A stretch of DNA of 64,000 bases. Source: Eledone cirrhosa. Its lineage: Eukaryota. The notes under the pieces are model-generated. The model was not told where the DNA came from and ran no database searches. It saw nothing but the letters and a program-made list of their open reading frames with translations. Shown one piece after another: positions 25,224 to 37,714 of the stretch (the stretch's first letter is position 1; every line of letters starts with the position of its first letter). Location: positions 81,778,001 to 81,842,000 of the forward strand of contig OZ024745.1 in the NCBI GenBank assembly GCA_964016885.1. The letters are read 5' to 3'. A program made the translations under genes and the position numbers.

Positions 25224-26321
25224 TTAACCCTTTAGCATTCGCATTATTTTGAGTTAATCATACTCAAGAGAGTTATCAATTTGCATTTCCGCAGCATCTG
25301 TCGGTCGCCAAACAGATCGGGTTTTCCTTGATTTGAAATCTGTTGTTGGGCATATCGATTAATCTCTTCTGCCACAACTTCGAAGAAAGTTTGTGGCAAA
25401 AAGAAATAATCCAGTGCTTTAGCATCGGGAACTAATGTGTGTTGTGGACCAGTATTTTGAATAAAATCGGGAACATATATTGGTGTGGTATTTTTCAACC
25501 ACGTTGCTGTAATATTTTCAATGGCGTCCTGGAGATCTCCTTCGTTTTCACTTTCAAAACAACAACAATCATCATCATTTCATCATCATTTCATTTTACG
25601 TCCACTTTTCCCTGCTTGCAAGGGTGGGACGGGAACTGATTCTGGCTTGATTTCTACAGCTGGATGCCCTTCCTAACACCAACCTCATTTACAGTGAGTG
25701 CTGGGTGCTTTTTTGCCGTGGCACCTCCACGACCACTTTGCAGTGGAATGATAGGGACCCCAGTCCCTATCATCTCATTTCTACAGCTGAGTAAACTGGA
25801 GCAATGTGAAATAAAGTGTCTTGCTCAAGGAAACAACACATCACCCGATCTGAGAATTGAACTCACAACCTTTCGATTGCAAAGCCAATGCTCTAACCAC
25901 TAAGCCATGTGCCTCCATCGTTGGATGAAATTTCAGAAATGTAAACATCTGATTCATTTGAAGATAAATCACTAATATTATCTTTTGTTTCTTGTTCATT
26001 CTGAATGTCATCGTGTGTAAAACCTTCAAAGTCGGTATCGCTACTTTCACAAGCCATGTTGATACACAAAAAAATCTGTTCTACTTTCAATGTTAAAAAA
26101 ACATTTTGTTTTAAGTTGTTTCACTATATTAAGTGTTAATTTTCGTGGTAAGGGCCTAATCTCGCAGTAATTATCTAATTGACGAGATTTTTATGATGGT
26201 TTGTTTATTTTTAGAACAATATTTTAGTGTGGGTGTTATCGGCTGGTTTCGGGCGGTTTGAACAAATGAAGGGGGAAATAATTTTGGCCGGTTTCGGGCG
26301 GTTTGAACACTAAAGGATTAA
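25224..26321 (-). mobile_element. Internally deleted piggyBac with transposase N-terminal remnant, interrupted by a SINE
   Basis: TTAA-CCCTTTAG / CTAAAGGA-TTAA ends; minus-strand MACESSDTDFEGF...ISSND then PDFIQNTGPQ..ALDYFF..FFEVVAEEINRYAQQ (DDE_Tnp_1_7-like start). Confidence 0.85.
25569..25916 (-). mobile_element. SINE family 1, full length, nested in the piggyBac
   Basis: Reverse complement of the 17722-18046 type. Confidence 0.9.
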
Positions 26322-27699
26322 ATTGGGAGTTGTTACTATTCCACTTCTGTTTCCTGTTCAGGCTAGGACTATCTTCTATTATGTGAGAGGGCTCCATAAT
26401 TTGTCTGAGTGTTGCATCAGTTCTATGTGTAGATAGGATCTTTATTTTTATGTTATCTATTGAGCTCTCGTGATTTAGTTTGGCATGTTGGTATAGTAGT
26501 AATGAGCTTTTCTTCTCAAGTTTTTGCCAGTATTCCTTTCACCTCTCTACTATACTACTGACTGTCTCTCCTATGTATGTCGTCCCTCTGTACTATATGT
26601 TTAGATGCAATAAACTCGAGAGCCTCACTCTATGAAAAAATTATTCTATGCTATCAGAATGAATAGACTTGTTTCTTGTTGGCAAAGGTTTTTAGATTCT
26701 AGTGGGTGTTATTTTGATTAATACAATTTATTCTGAGCTGAAATATATTGCTTTAAAGTTGATAGTTAAAAAGCAGCAATTATTTTCCACCTACTTAATG
26801 AAACAGCTGCTGTGTATACCAGTAATAACAAGGGTGAACCAACAGTATAAATTCAGGTTTTCTAACACCTGTGTATTATATTTTATACCCACTTTCTGGC
26901 TCTTTGTAAAAATAGAATTTCAATGTTTCTCGTTTTATATAGTAAGTACTTGTATGTATGTTTTTGTTCAGAAGCAATAAAAATGTCTTTTAATCATAGC
27001 AAAATATTATTAGTTTTTTAATGAGAGTTTGGAATCAAGTTTTTGCTTATCAATGCTAATTAACCATTTAACATACTATTTTGTTGTATGGTAATTTCAG
27101 TTTCACAATTGCTGTCAAACACGCACTTGCAAGACCCTCCACTGCACTCCACCATCACTCACACCCACATGTTAATTTTAGTTGGGTAAGATTTAGTTTG
27201 AAGATCTAGACATTCCCTTGTGAATATTCAGTGCAATTCTATGTTTTTTCTTTAAACAATTCTCTTCTGCTAACCACTCACTTGTTAAATAGCACTGACC
27301 TTGTATTTAACTAGGCAAACATTGTGCCTTCCTTTCAGTAATTGATTATAATGATGATGATGATGAAAAACTGCCACAGGTGGAAGGATGCTGTGCTGGA
27401 AAAAACCCATCCTATGCATGCAATCCTGGAAAAGCTGTCACTTATGCACATCATGTTTCCAAAAGTTGACATTAAGATCTTGAGGATTGCCTCTTGAGGA
27501 TTGCCTTCAAACAACATCTTAGTTTTTTTTTCTTTTCCTTTGTCTTGGATGTAGAAAAAGCATAAATAACTGAAATAGCCGGCTAGCAGTCTTTCCTATT
27601 ACCAGCTGTTGTGGCTCTGTTTTATATCTATTTTATTTTGGAATATCCAATCTCTCATATGTGATTTCTAGCTTGATAAAATGAGCAAAATTCCTTATT

Positions 27700-28165
27700 T
27701 AGAATTATTCTAAAACATGAAAGGACATGAGTTGAAAGTAAAAAAAGATAATTTGAAGGAGTAAGTTGAAAGAATTGATGCTCTCAGACAAAATTATATG
27801 ATGCATTTGGAGTAAAAGAATGAGGTATTGTGTGGTACAGTCAACAAAGAGTAGAATGTATGATGCTTGCATGCATACTGCAATACTAAATGGCAGTGAG
27901 ACATGGGCCTTAAATGCAGATGATCTGCAAAGGCCAGAAAGAAATGAAGTAAGAATGATGGCTGTAAAGTCAGATAATCTACAATGGATAACCAACGGTA
28001 GACCTCGAGCAAGATGGTTGGATAACGTCCATGAGTTTAGCTGGTCTCGCTTTGGGATCCAGCTTGATCAGTTGGAGATGGTTGCTTCTGGCAGGACCTG
28101 CTGGAAAGAGTGTTTAAGGACTCTGCCCCCACGACCCTCTCAGGAATAAGTGGTCGAAGACGAAG
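27700..28165 (+). mobile_element. Decayed RTE C-terminal fragments
   Basis: RMYDACMHTAILNGSETWAL and GRPRARWLD peptides. Confidence 0.75.
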
Positions 28166-28470
28166 TCTATTTTTGTTCAACAGCAAACAATATAAAATAA
28201 ATAGATAACAAGCATCTAAATATGAAAATCAATAAGTGACCAGTGACTGAAATGACTATACTGAATATTTAGTGGTATGAATAGATAAATTCTGAAAATG
28301 TATGTTTGGTACTTATTTTAAGGATCTGTTTGTTCTGCTAAGTTATAGATTCTTCCCTTGCACATCTCTTCAAGCTTCTTGCTTTCTTGACCACTACAAT
28401 TTGCAAACATTCAGAAGCAACATCAATCGCCCAACCTCCTTAAATTATGTTCTCTTTGTCTTGTCCATTT

Positions 28471-28651
28471 CTCTTTGTAGTAACTCCTTGCATTTTAGTG
28501 GCTTTATTGCCTTACTTAGGGTGAGTTTTAAAAAATAGTTTAAGTGTGAAAGTGTGTGTTGTGTGCCTCTGTTGTTTTTTTTTTTTTTTTTTTAAACTCA
28601 CCCTAAGTAAGGCAATAAAGCCACTAAAATGCAAGGAGTTACTACAAAGAG
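28471..28651. repeat. Perfect 58-bp inverted repeat with ~65-bp spacer
   Basis: 28471-28528 is the reverse complement of 28594-28651. Confidence 0.92.
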
Positions 28652-29335
28652 TTATTCCGATGATTTGATTAGACATACACTGTATTTAAGGTCGAGTGAC
28701 ACAACTTCGAGTGATTAGCAGCCTTTAGGCATACCTAATCAATGCAACAATTGTTAATACTGTAAATAAAAACCTTTTTGTACTGTTTACCATGTTATTC
28801 TTCACTCTTTCACTATATATATATATATATATAATTTATTTATTAATTATTACATCAAGAATACATTATCTGAATACATGTTTCACTAGGAGGATCTAAA
28901 TAGACCCTCTCGTTTCATCCATATTGAAATGATCTCTGGTGTTGGTTTAACCTTTCCTTTATACAGTGTTCCAAAGGGAGGGGAAATAATAGTGTTTAAG
29001 TGTGTAGGAATGAAAAAGGGAGTAAACTCCCTTTTTATACATACATATACAATCTCCACACAGTTTCTGTTTCCCAGATTTCACTCACAAAGCATGGATT
29101 GTATTGGAGGTATAGTAGAGGACACTTACCTAAGATGCCATACAGATGTGTTTGACCCTAAATCACGTTTGCAAAATGAACATCTTAGCCACTCAAACAT
29201 GCTTGTACTGCTGATAAGATACATAAATTGCTTGTTAGTTTGATTGATTTTGTTGCCCATACTTGCAACTTTTATTAAAAACGATGCTTTTAGCGTTTAT
29301 TACTTCATTACATGTGAATATTTGTATTTTCATAG

Positions 29336-29454
29336 ATATCTTATCAGAACCCGTGCCAATATAGCTGCTGTTAACAATGATGGTGATCTTCCTATTGATA
29401 TATGTGAAGATCATAGAATGGAAAGACTGCTTCAAGATGAAATGAATAACCAGG
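29336..29454 (+). CDS. PPP1R12A: MYPT1/PPP1R12-like internal exon (ankyrin repeat): YLIRTRANIAAVNNDGDLPIDICEDHRMERLLQDEMNNQ
   Basis: ttttcatag acceptor, G|gtgagt donor; peptide matches the MYPT1 ankyrin region (AVN..GD.P.DI); phase 2->1 joins the next exon. Confidence 0.9.
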
Positions 29455-29709
29455 GTGAGTTTACATCTGTGATATACGTTTATATATATGACTTTTTCGT
29501 GCATATGTAAATTTTTAACCTCTCCCTTCTGTAAGTAATATGTGTGTATGTAACCTTAACTCTTGGTGGAGTCGTTAATGACATGTAGCATTTCTTGGAC
29601 ATTTTTAACCTTGGTGAAAGCCAGCTCCTCTCCAGGTCTGAACACAACTGATTTATTTCCGAGAAGGAGTGATTGAGAGAAATGAAAAAGAGATATAAAA
29701 GAAGATCAA

Positions 29710-29865
29710 CCCAGTACTAGATAGGTACTTTTTTTTTTTAATTGACCTTGAAAGGAAGACGGGCAAAGTTGACCACTGCGTGATTTGAACTCAGAATGCA
29801 GTGTCGGAACAAATACCACAGAGCATTCTATCAAATGTTCTAACAACTCTGCCAGTTTGCCACTC
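29710..29865 (-). mobile_element. SINE family 2, degenerate
   Basis: ggcaaagttgacc...gatttgaactcag core. Confidence 0.65.
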
Positions 29866-30661
29866 ATCAGTAATATGAGGTCCTAGTTAAAAATGGAGGA
29901 AATAAAAGCCAAGGAGTTGGTTAGGAGGGATTCAGACAATAGAGAAAGAAGATGCTATATGGGTAACCCTTGCTTTAGCAGGAAAGATGACCTTAAAGTG
30001 CTATTTTCTTCATTCATAGAAAATGTAGGAAACCCAGATACTGAAAATAACTGTAAATACAGTTGGTTGCTATAAATAGCTTAGAAAATTGGGGAAAAGG
30101 ATGGGGAAAAAATGGCCACATCAGTATGGGGAATTGAATTTTATCTTTCAGACACTGATTGACTACTCTAAACAGTTTCTTTATTTTCAATTTTAATGAT
30201 ATTCTAACATCTTGTTACCTGTCTTTGGATTTATTTTTCTGCTAATACTTATCAGCCACAATAACTCGATACTATTATTCAGGGGTAATACTTAGGAAAC
30301 TAGCTGTTCATGGATATTTCTAGAAAACAAAACCTAACTTTGTTAAACCTCTCTGAATTTTGATAGATTAAAATTGAAATGTTCAAATCTAAACACAGAA
30401 TTGATATAAATGATAAGAGTTAGAAAATCAAATAAAACAGCTTTAGGAACTGAAGAAAGTGGCTACCAGCCACAGGGTTTAGAAAATAACTGTAAACACA
30501 GTTAGTTGCTATAAATAATAAGTTAGAAAACTGGGTTAAATACCCCCATAAACGAATTATTTATAGCAACCAACTGTGTTTCAAGTTATTTTTTCTATGA
30601 ACTTCATAAGCCCTCAGCACTTCATAACACCGAATTTTGCATACAGTGTTGTTTAAATATT

Positions 30662-30857
30662 GGTTTCTGATTTATGAACAAGGCCAACAATTTTGGGGAG
30701 GGGAAAGTTGATTAAATTGTTCCCAGTGCATTACTGGTACTTTATTTTATTGACCTCGTAAGGATTTGGCAGGATTTGAACTCAGATCGTAAAGGGATTT
30801 AACTTTATGCCATAAAGCATGTCCAACACTTTACTGATACTGCCAATCCAGCACCCT
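30662..30857 (-). mobile_element. SINE family 2 with 15-bp TSD
   Basis: TSD tgttgtttaaatatt at 30647-61 and 30860-74. Confidence 0.82.
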
Positions 30858-31058
30858 TATGTTGTTTAAATATTAATTTATTTTTTTGGTTTACCTTTTT
30901 GGTTTTATCTGGATAAAAGAGTTAGAATATTTCAAGGCAAACTTGAAATTAAAGTGGGAATAAAAACAACAATTATTAATGGGTTTTGTTAGAACTTACC
31001 AATACAAATTTCTAAATAAATGTAAATTGTTAAAATTATCTGCATTTTATAATTTAAG

Positions 31059-31221
31059 GTGTGGATGCTGAAGCAGCACGACGAGAAGAAGAAGAAATGA
31101 TGCTTTCTGATGCCAACCAATGGTTGAATTCCAATTCAGGTGTGTCAGAACGACCACATGCCAAAACAGGTGCTGTTGCTCTCCATGTAGCAGCAGCTAA
31201 GGGCTATCTTAAAGTTATGCA
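31059..31221 (+). CDS. PPP1R12A: MYPT1-like exon: GVDAEAARREEEEMMLSDANQWLNSNSGVSERPHAKTGAVALHVAAAKGYLKVM
   Basis: tttaag acceptor, CA|gtaagt donor; resembles vertebrate MYPT1 GVDIEAARKEEE..MLRDARQWLNS...ALHVAAAKGY; phase 1->2; absent from the ORF track. Confidence 0.95.
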
Positions 31222-31549
31222 GTAAGTTTCTGTTTCTTAAAGTCCACATTTCATGCAGCTGGTTTCAGTTCCCCTTTTAAGTAATTATATCAAGGATATG
31301 TTTGTGAAGATTTAAACAAATTTTAATTTTATGATGGGCTGGTTAAAGCCGGGCCAGTACCTATATATATATATATATATATATATATCCTTCGCAGACT
31401 TTTCTAGATCGATGTTAAGTTTGAACATCTGGAGTGGTACATCTGTAGGAAAATTAGTTCTGAGAAGGAAGGATTGGGAAAAATGTAATCTAAATCAGAA
31501 AGTGTATCTCTATAAAATTTTGTTAAAAATATGTTTTCTTTTATTACTA

Positions 31550-32401
31550 ACTAACAGTGGTACCTGGCATTGTACGGGATAAGGTATTTTGGAAGGCGGG
31601 CCGCCAACAGACCTAATCGTTGAAAAACTGCATGCCTGGGCAATATGTAAAGAAAATAAACCGAATACTCTGATGGCTGGATAATCTTTAAGATTTTCCT
31701 CGATGAAGCAGGAAAAATGCAGGTTTTCACCTAATGCGAGCCCTAGGGGATCAAGAAAATGAATTTTTTTTATGTGCATAATATGCTTTGAAATTTCAGG
31801 AAAATCGGCTAGGCGTAACGCCTCCAAAAAGCCCTAATAAGCTAAAAAAAAATTGAAGTTTTTCACCTAATGCGGGCCCTAGACCATAAAAAAGTTGGAT
31901 TTTCTTTGCTCACGATATGAAGAAGAGACTGACTAATACATAGTTACAATTTCAAGGAAATCGGTCTGACGTAACGCCCCAAAAAACCCTAAAAAGCTTA
32001 AAAAACGCAGTTTTTCACTTAATGCGGGCTCTAGTAGATCAAAATGTTGAATTTTTTTATGTGCATAACACTCACTGAAACATAATACACATGTAAAGTT
32101 TGAAAAAAATCGGTAGGGTGCTTCTCGAGTTTTAGGGATTCAAACTCACACGCACAGACATCCCCAGGGAAGTGACATAATGCAGACAGCTAGACATACA
32201 GACAAATATTATAAGGGCGCGATGTTATATGTATGTATCTATCTAAAAGGAGAAAGACTAAGAATTAATACTAAACATGTAATACTAAACATAAGTATTA
32301 CATGTGTAAAGTTTGAAAACAGTCGATTGGGTGGTTCTCGAGTTTTAGGGATTCAAACTCACACACACACAGACAGACATCCTCAGTTTTATATATATAG
32401 A
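31550..32401 (-). mobile_element. Non-autonomous Helitron-like element A with three internal ~140-bp degenerate repeats
   Basis: Minus-strand 5' TCTATATATATAAAA..GTCTGTCTG at 32401; degenerate hairpin/CTAG-type end at 31550-31580; repeated ttttcacctaatgcgggccctag...aaatcgg. Confidence 0.6.
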
Positions 32402-32978
32402 CAAGCAGAAAACCACCCGGTGGGCGGTTTTCTGCTAGCAAACTAGTGTATATACTGATATTGTTGAGATTTGGATGAGAAATGTTTTCGGCACCACATG
32501 TACACCGTCTCTCGGTGTGTCTTTTATGCATGTATAAATATATATGTTATCTATACGGTGAAATCTTTGAAATAAATATATGTTAAAACGAAAAAGGAGA
32601 AAAAGAGATTAGTGACGGAAATACAAACGTTATGATATAACGATGGAAATATATCTTCAAATGGTCCTTGGCATGGTGTCAAGTCAGAACCGCCTCGAAC
32701 TGGTTACTTCTGGCTTGTGCAAGGTGTCTCTATAACAACCAGCGATTCCCTCGGCCTCAGTGACCAAAGTCAGTGGAGAAGGGAAGGTAATGTTTCTATA
32801 GCGACAGTGTTTCTCTTGGTAGTACCAAAGTGGAGAAAGGAAGAGGAAGGTAATATTTCTGTAGCACCTACATTTGAGTTTTAGGGAAGGACAGACAGAC
32901 AGACAGAGAAATGCCCATATATTTCTGTGTGTGTATATATATATATATATTACACACACAGAAATGTATATATATTTC

Positions 32979-33009
<31 letters not shown>

Positions 33010-34024
33010 TACACACACAGAAATGTATATATATTTCTTAGAATAAAATTATTATTAATGTTTTGCTGTTCATAACAATTGGAATTGAAAAATTACTTTT
33101 GAAATTATTAGTTATTTTACTAATGCTTAGATATGTAAAAATGAAGCAATGTTTCTAATAATTGTTTCTACTTTTGGCACAAGGCCAGCAATTACCCAGT
33201 ACATTACTGTTACTTTATTTTATCGACCCCCATGAGGATAAAAGGCAAAGTTAACCTCGGCGGTATTTGAACTCAGACCGTAAAGGGACATAACTCCATG
33301 CTATGAAGCATGGTGTCCGACTCTCTACAGATTCTGTCAATCCACCGCCCTAATGTCTGTACGTAATGAGGGAGTGAGAGGGGAGAGAAAGAAAGGCAGA
33401 GGTGAAGTGACAAAGTGACTCGCTCCTCCTCCCCCATCTCCCCATTCGTCACAGCGATAGAGGGGAGGAATGTTAGTGTGTTACAAAGAGTGAGAGAAAC
33501 AGACAAACTAAAAGAGAGAGATAGCAACAGATACAGTACAGTAGCTAAGGGATGTATATATATTTCTGTGTGTATATATATATACATTTCTGTGTGTGTA
33601 ATATATATATATATACATTTCTGTGTGTGTAATATATATATATATATACACACACACATGGAAATATATATATATATTTCTGTGTGTGTGTGTATATATA
33701 TATATATATAACACACACAGAAATGTATATATATTTCTGTGTGTGTATATATATATATATATATATTACACACACAGAAATGTATATATATTTCTGTGTG
33801 TATATATATATATTTCTGTGAGTGTATATATATATATATTACACACACACAGAAATGTATATATGTTTCTGTAGCACTCCTCAATTCCCCCCTCTCTCCC
33901 TCCCGCTATCCCCCTCTTGTAGTCTCTCTCTCTACGCGTGCGCAAAAAACATTCGCACGCGCGCACGTGTTTCCACTGTCGGACAGACAGACAGAGAAAT
34001 TGCTGGTTATATATTATAAGGAGA
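32402..34024 (-). mobile_element. Non-autonomous Helitron-like element B containing TA/TG minisatellites and a SINE
   Basis: Minus-strand 5' TCTCCTTATAATATATAA..CTGTCTGTC at 34024; GC-rich hairpin agcagaaaacc/ggttttctgct at the other end. Confidence 0.55.
33163..33349 (-). mobile_element. SINE family 2
   Basis: Highly similar to 38055-38244. Confidence 0.88.
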
Positions 34025-34673
34025 TTAGTTTCATTAGTTTTAATGGGATTATTTACATGTAGGCTTTCAGTATGGCACTGAGTGCATTATTCATGGCATC
34101 AGCACTATAGAGGTTGTTGTCATGACAGAAGGGTCTTCTCAACATTTTTGGCAAGTGTTCTATGGCTAGAAGTCATTCCTAACACCAACCACTTTACAGG
34201 GTGTGCTGGGTGTATTTTACCATGGCACCAGCTCTAGAGCGAATGTGTTTGATCATTGGCTCAACTGAAGAACCCTCTCTACCCTATAGGAGGAGCAGCG
34301 TAATGATGACTTGTTCTAAGTAAAACTGGTTGGGTGGGGTTAGGAAGGATGATAGGCATGTTATTGGTAACTGACAATGAATGGAAGATGGGCTTCCACA
34401 CAGTTTCCATCTACTAAATTTCACTCATATGGCATATATCTCCGGCAACAGTTATGTTAGAAAATACATGTTTAGGGCACCACATAATGTGATTGAATCT
34501 GGAAGAACATGGCTATGACTACCTATGTATAATAACTTTTAACTCCACAGCTATGACTGTCTATGTACAATAAAGCAAATTTTAGAATGGGGAATGTTTT
34601 TTATGTGTTATTTTTGTATGTGTTTTATTTTATATTGTATTTATTTATTTATTTATGTATTTATTTATTGTAG

Positions 34674-34818
34674 TTTATTAATGCAAGCAAAAGCTAATGT
34701 AAATATCAAAGATTCAGATGGTTGGACTCCACTTCATGCAGCAGCTCATTGGGGCCAGGAAAAAGCTTGCAAAATTTTAGCTGACAATTTCTGTGATATG
34801 GACTCAAAAAACTATGCA
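34674..34818 (+). CDS. PPP1R12A: MYPT1-like exon: LLMQAKANVNIKDSDGWTPLHAAAHWGQEKACKILADNFCDMDSKNYA
   Basis: ttgtag acceptor, GCA|gtaagt donor; MYPT-typical GWTPLHAAAHWG ankyrin; phase 2->0. Confidence 0.95.
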
Positions 34819-34909
34819 GTAAGTACTTATGTAGTGTATCACCACCACAACCATCATCGTTGTCATCACCATCATTGTTGCCGTTGCTGCTACTGCCAGT
34901 AATAACAAT

Positions 34910-35310
34910 ATCAATGACTTTATGTCCATTTTCCCATGCTCTCGTGGATTGGACAAGTCATTTTGTTACAGAACTCTATAGAAGAATGCTCTTCTTTATG
35001 CTAATATTATTTTGAATTCTGTTTATGTATGATGTAAACAAATTTTTTATGGCGAGAATAATTACTAAGTGATGGCAGTACATTTAGGCCATTTTCACAT
35101 TATATTCTGGTTGGCAATTTTCCACCAGTACCGCACGTTGCCAGCCCTCGCAGTCATAACTGCTTGCGAAGTTCAACATTCTAAAGTCAGCCTTGATTAT
35201 TTCATTCCATGTATTCCTTTGTCCACCCTTTTCCATGGGTTCCATCAACTGGGATTTTTCTGCACTTCTTTGTTCAACTGTCATCGTCCATATGACGACA
35301 TGTCCATTCT
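34910..35310 (-). mobile_element. Decayed antisense RTE 3' fragments
   Basis: NTWNEIIKADFRML peptide and ggacataaa tail on the minus strand. Confidence 0.7.
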
Positions 35311-35405
35311 AAGGAATCTCCCTAACAACTGAGGGAATCTATTTCGTGCGCGCTTTTATTATCTTTCTATACTTGCACGCACGCACACGCACGCACACGC
35401 GCACG

Positions 35406-35444
<39 letters not shown>

Positions 35445-36387
35445 ACACACACACCATATATCATCATCATCATTGTTTAATGCTTTTTCCTATGCTTGTA
35501 TCTTAAAAACATTAAGACAATTAAGAAAATTACAAAGTTACTAGATTAGTTTCATAACAGAATGAAAAGTTTGTGAAGGTATGTGAAACATTTAAACAAA
35601 AAAAAGTTTAATGCATTTGAAGGCTTTCCTAGCATAGTGAGATTGGTGTAATTGATGTTCTGTTTCATCATTTGTTGATCAGTGCCAGCAGGAAATCTTT
35701 AGGAAGGGGTGAAATTCCAGTGTGTTGCAATCCGCAAGATCAAGAACTGGGGGAGTGGGGGTGGGGTGAGCTTGAATGAGGTTGATGGGAGGAAAAGAAT
35801 GAAGTTAGTCTTGTGAAGAGAATATACAGCAAGCCAGTTCAGAAAAGCATAAGCCCTAGTAGTAGTAGTGACGTAAGAATTAGAGAAACCAGGGAACTTC
35901 ATGTAACAGTAATCCTGTTTTAAAATAGTAATTAGATAATTGTAGAATCTTTAGGGTAAGAAAAATTAAAAATCTGACCATTTCAGGGGAAGCACCAGTC
36001 GCCACCGAGACCTCAGGTGTACTTGGAACTCGTACAGTCGAGCTCCTCTGCAAGATCAGAACGTCGGCGGCCAGTCTGAGGAAGGAGCCCTGCGAGGTGG
36101 GGTGGCTGTTGTAGCAGGTGTCGCTAGCCATTGTCCACAGGGCACAGCCCTTTACTGCCCAGCCCTTTTTGTGACACGAGTCTTTGCCATGCCCTCCCTT
36201 TTCTGTCCCCCCCATTATATTTTCCTATTTTACATTCCATTCTTTCTTCTCAATCTAAATTTTTTTTTTTTCTTTTTCTATTAAACTGTATTTACATGAT
36301 ATATTCCATAAATTATTTTCTTTTGAGTTGATGCAGTAAAAAAACAAAACGAAACAAAAAAAACAACTTGTAATTATGTATAATATA

Positions 36388-36530
36388 AGGCGGTGAATTA
36401 GCAGTTGTTACATTGTCGGATAGTATGCTTTGTGGTATTTATTCCGGCTCTGCTTTCTGAGTTCAAATCCCACTGGGGTCAACTTTGTCTTACATCCTTT
36501 TGAGGTTGATAAAAAAGTATCAATCTAGTA
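36388..36530 (+). mobile_element. SINE family 2
   Basis: ggcggtgaatt...gagttcaaatccc...gggtcaacttt...gaggttgataaa. Confidence 0.75.
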
Positions 36531-36821
36531 CTTCTTCATTCTCACTTCTTCCCTATCTTGCACTTTCAATCCTTCTCTGGAAGAAATCGGCTGTGTCCAG
36601 ACGTGGAGAGCGATGGGCTAAGCCAGGCTTAAAATGGCTAAGAAACACAATATATTAATATGGTGTACCTATAACTCCATCAGGAGTTACGTGACCATAC
36701 CATACCAATTGAAGCTACTTTTCTTTCTTTGTGTTTTTATGTATATTGATGATGTCAATATATGACGATTTATGTATTTTGATCCTTCCTCATATCAAAT
36801 TTGATGACTTCATTATTTCAG

Positions 36822-36896
36822 GGGCAAACTGCCTTTGATGTTGCCGATACTGAACTTCTTTCTTTACTTGAAGAACTCAAAAAGAAACAGGCTATG
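36822..36896 (+). CDS. PPP1R12A: MYPT1-like exon: GQTAFDVADTELLSLLEELKKKQAM
   Basis: tttcag acceptor, ATG|gtaaaa donor; matches MYPT1 GQTAFDVAD....LEELQKKQ; phase 0->0. Confidence 0.93.
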
Positions 36897-37499
36897 GTAA
36901 AACTCTATTTCATACATTCTTCATGAATTCATTTCTTCCCTATAATATATTGTTCTGCATGTTTGTACCTTTATGTATGCACGTTTGTACCTTTATGTGG
37001 CACATGTGTGTGTGTGTGTGTGTGTATGTCTTATTAGCAGTGAATGTATATCCTACTGTAGTTATATCACTACCAACTATGGCAGTCTCCATGCACATTG
37101 ATGGGCTTCTTTCTATATAACTATAACATGGAGTGAAAAAGATATATCCACGTGATTGGGTCACTCAATATCTCTAAAGATATTTCTCAAATATATAATT
37201 GTTTTTGTATAGCATGGAAAATGAGGCTTAATGATAATTCATTATCATCATCATTCAATGTTTATTTTCCACGCTTATATGGGTTACACACATCATGTTA
37301 TGAGAACAAGTCAGGTCCAGAGACCATGTCACACAGTTTTGTATTATGGCTTGGTTTCTACAGCTGGATGCCCTTTGTAACATCAATCTTGTTACAGTGT
37401 GAACTGGGTGCTTTTTCTCATGAGACCAATATGATCACCTTCCAGGGTGGACTGGGGTCTTATTGTTGTCACAAGCATGACCACAGTGGAATGGGCACT

Positions 37500-37635
<136 letters not shown>

Positions 37636-37714
37636 CATACATACGTATATAAATAAAATTAATAATGGTTTTCCAAAGGAAATTGTGAAAAATACATTAG
37701 TAGAGAAGATGCAT

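Noticed and set aside
35700-36280. GC-richer block with ORFs on both strands
   Set aside because: Probably an old antisense LINE 5' fragment; no motif strong enough to classify or call a gene.
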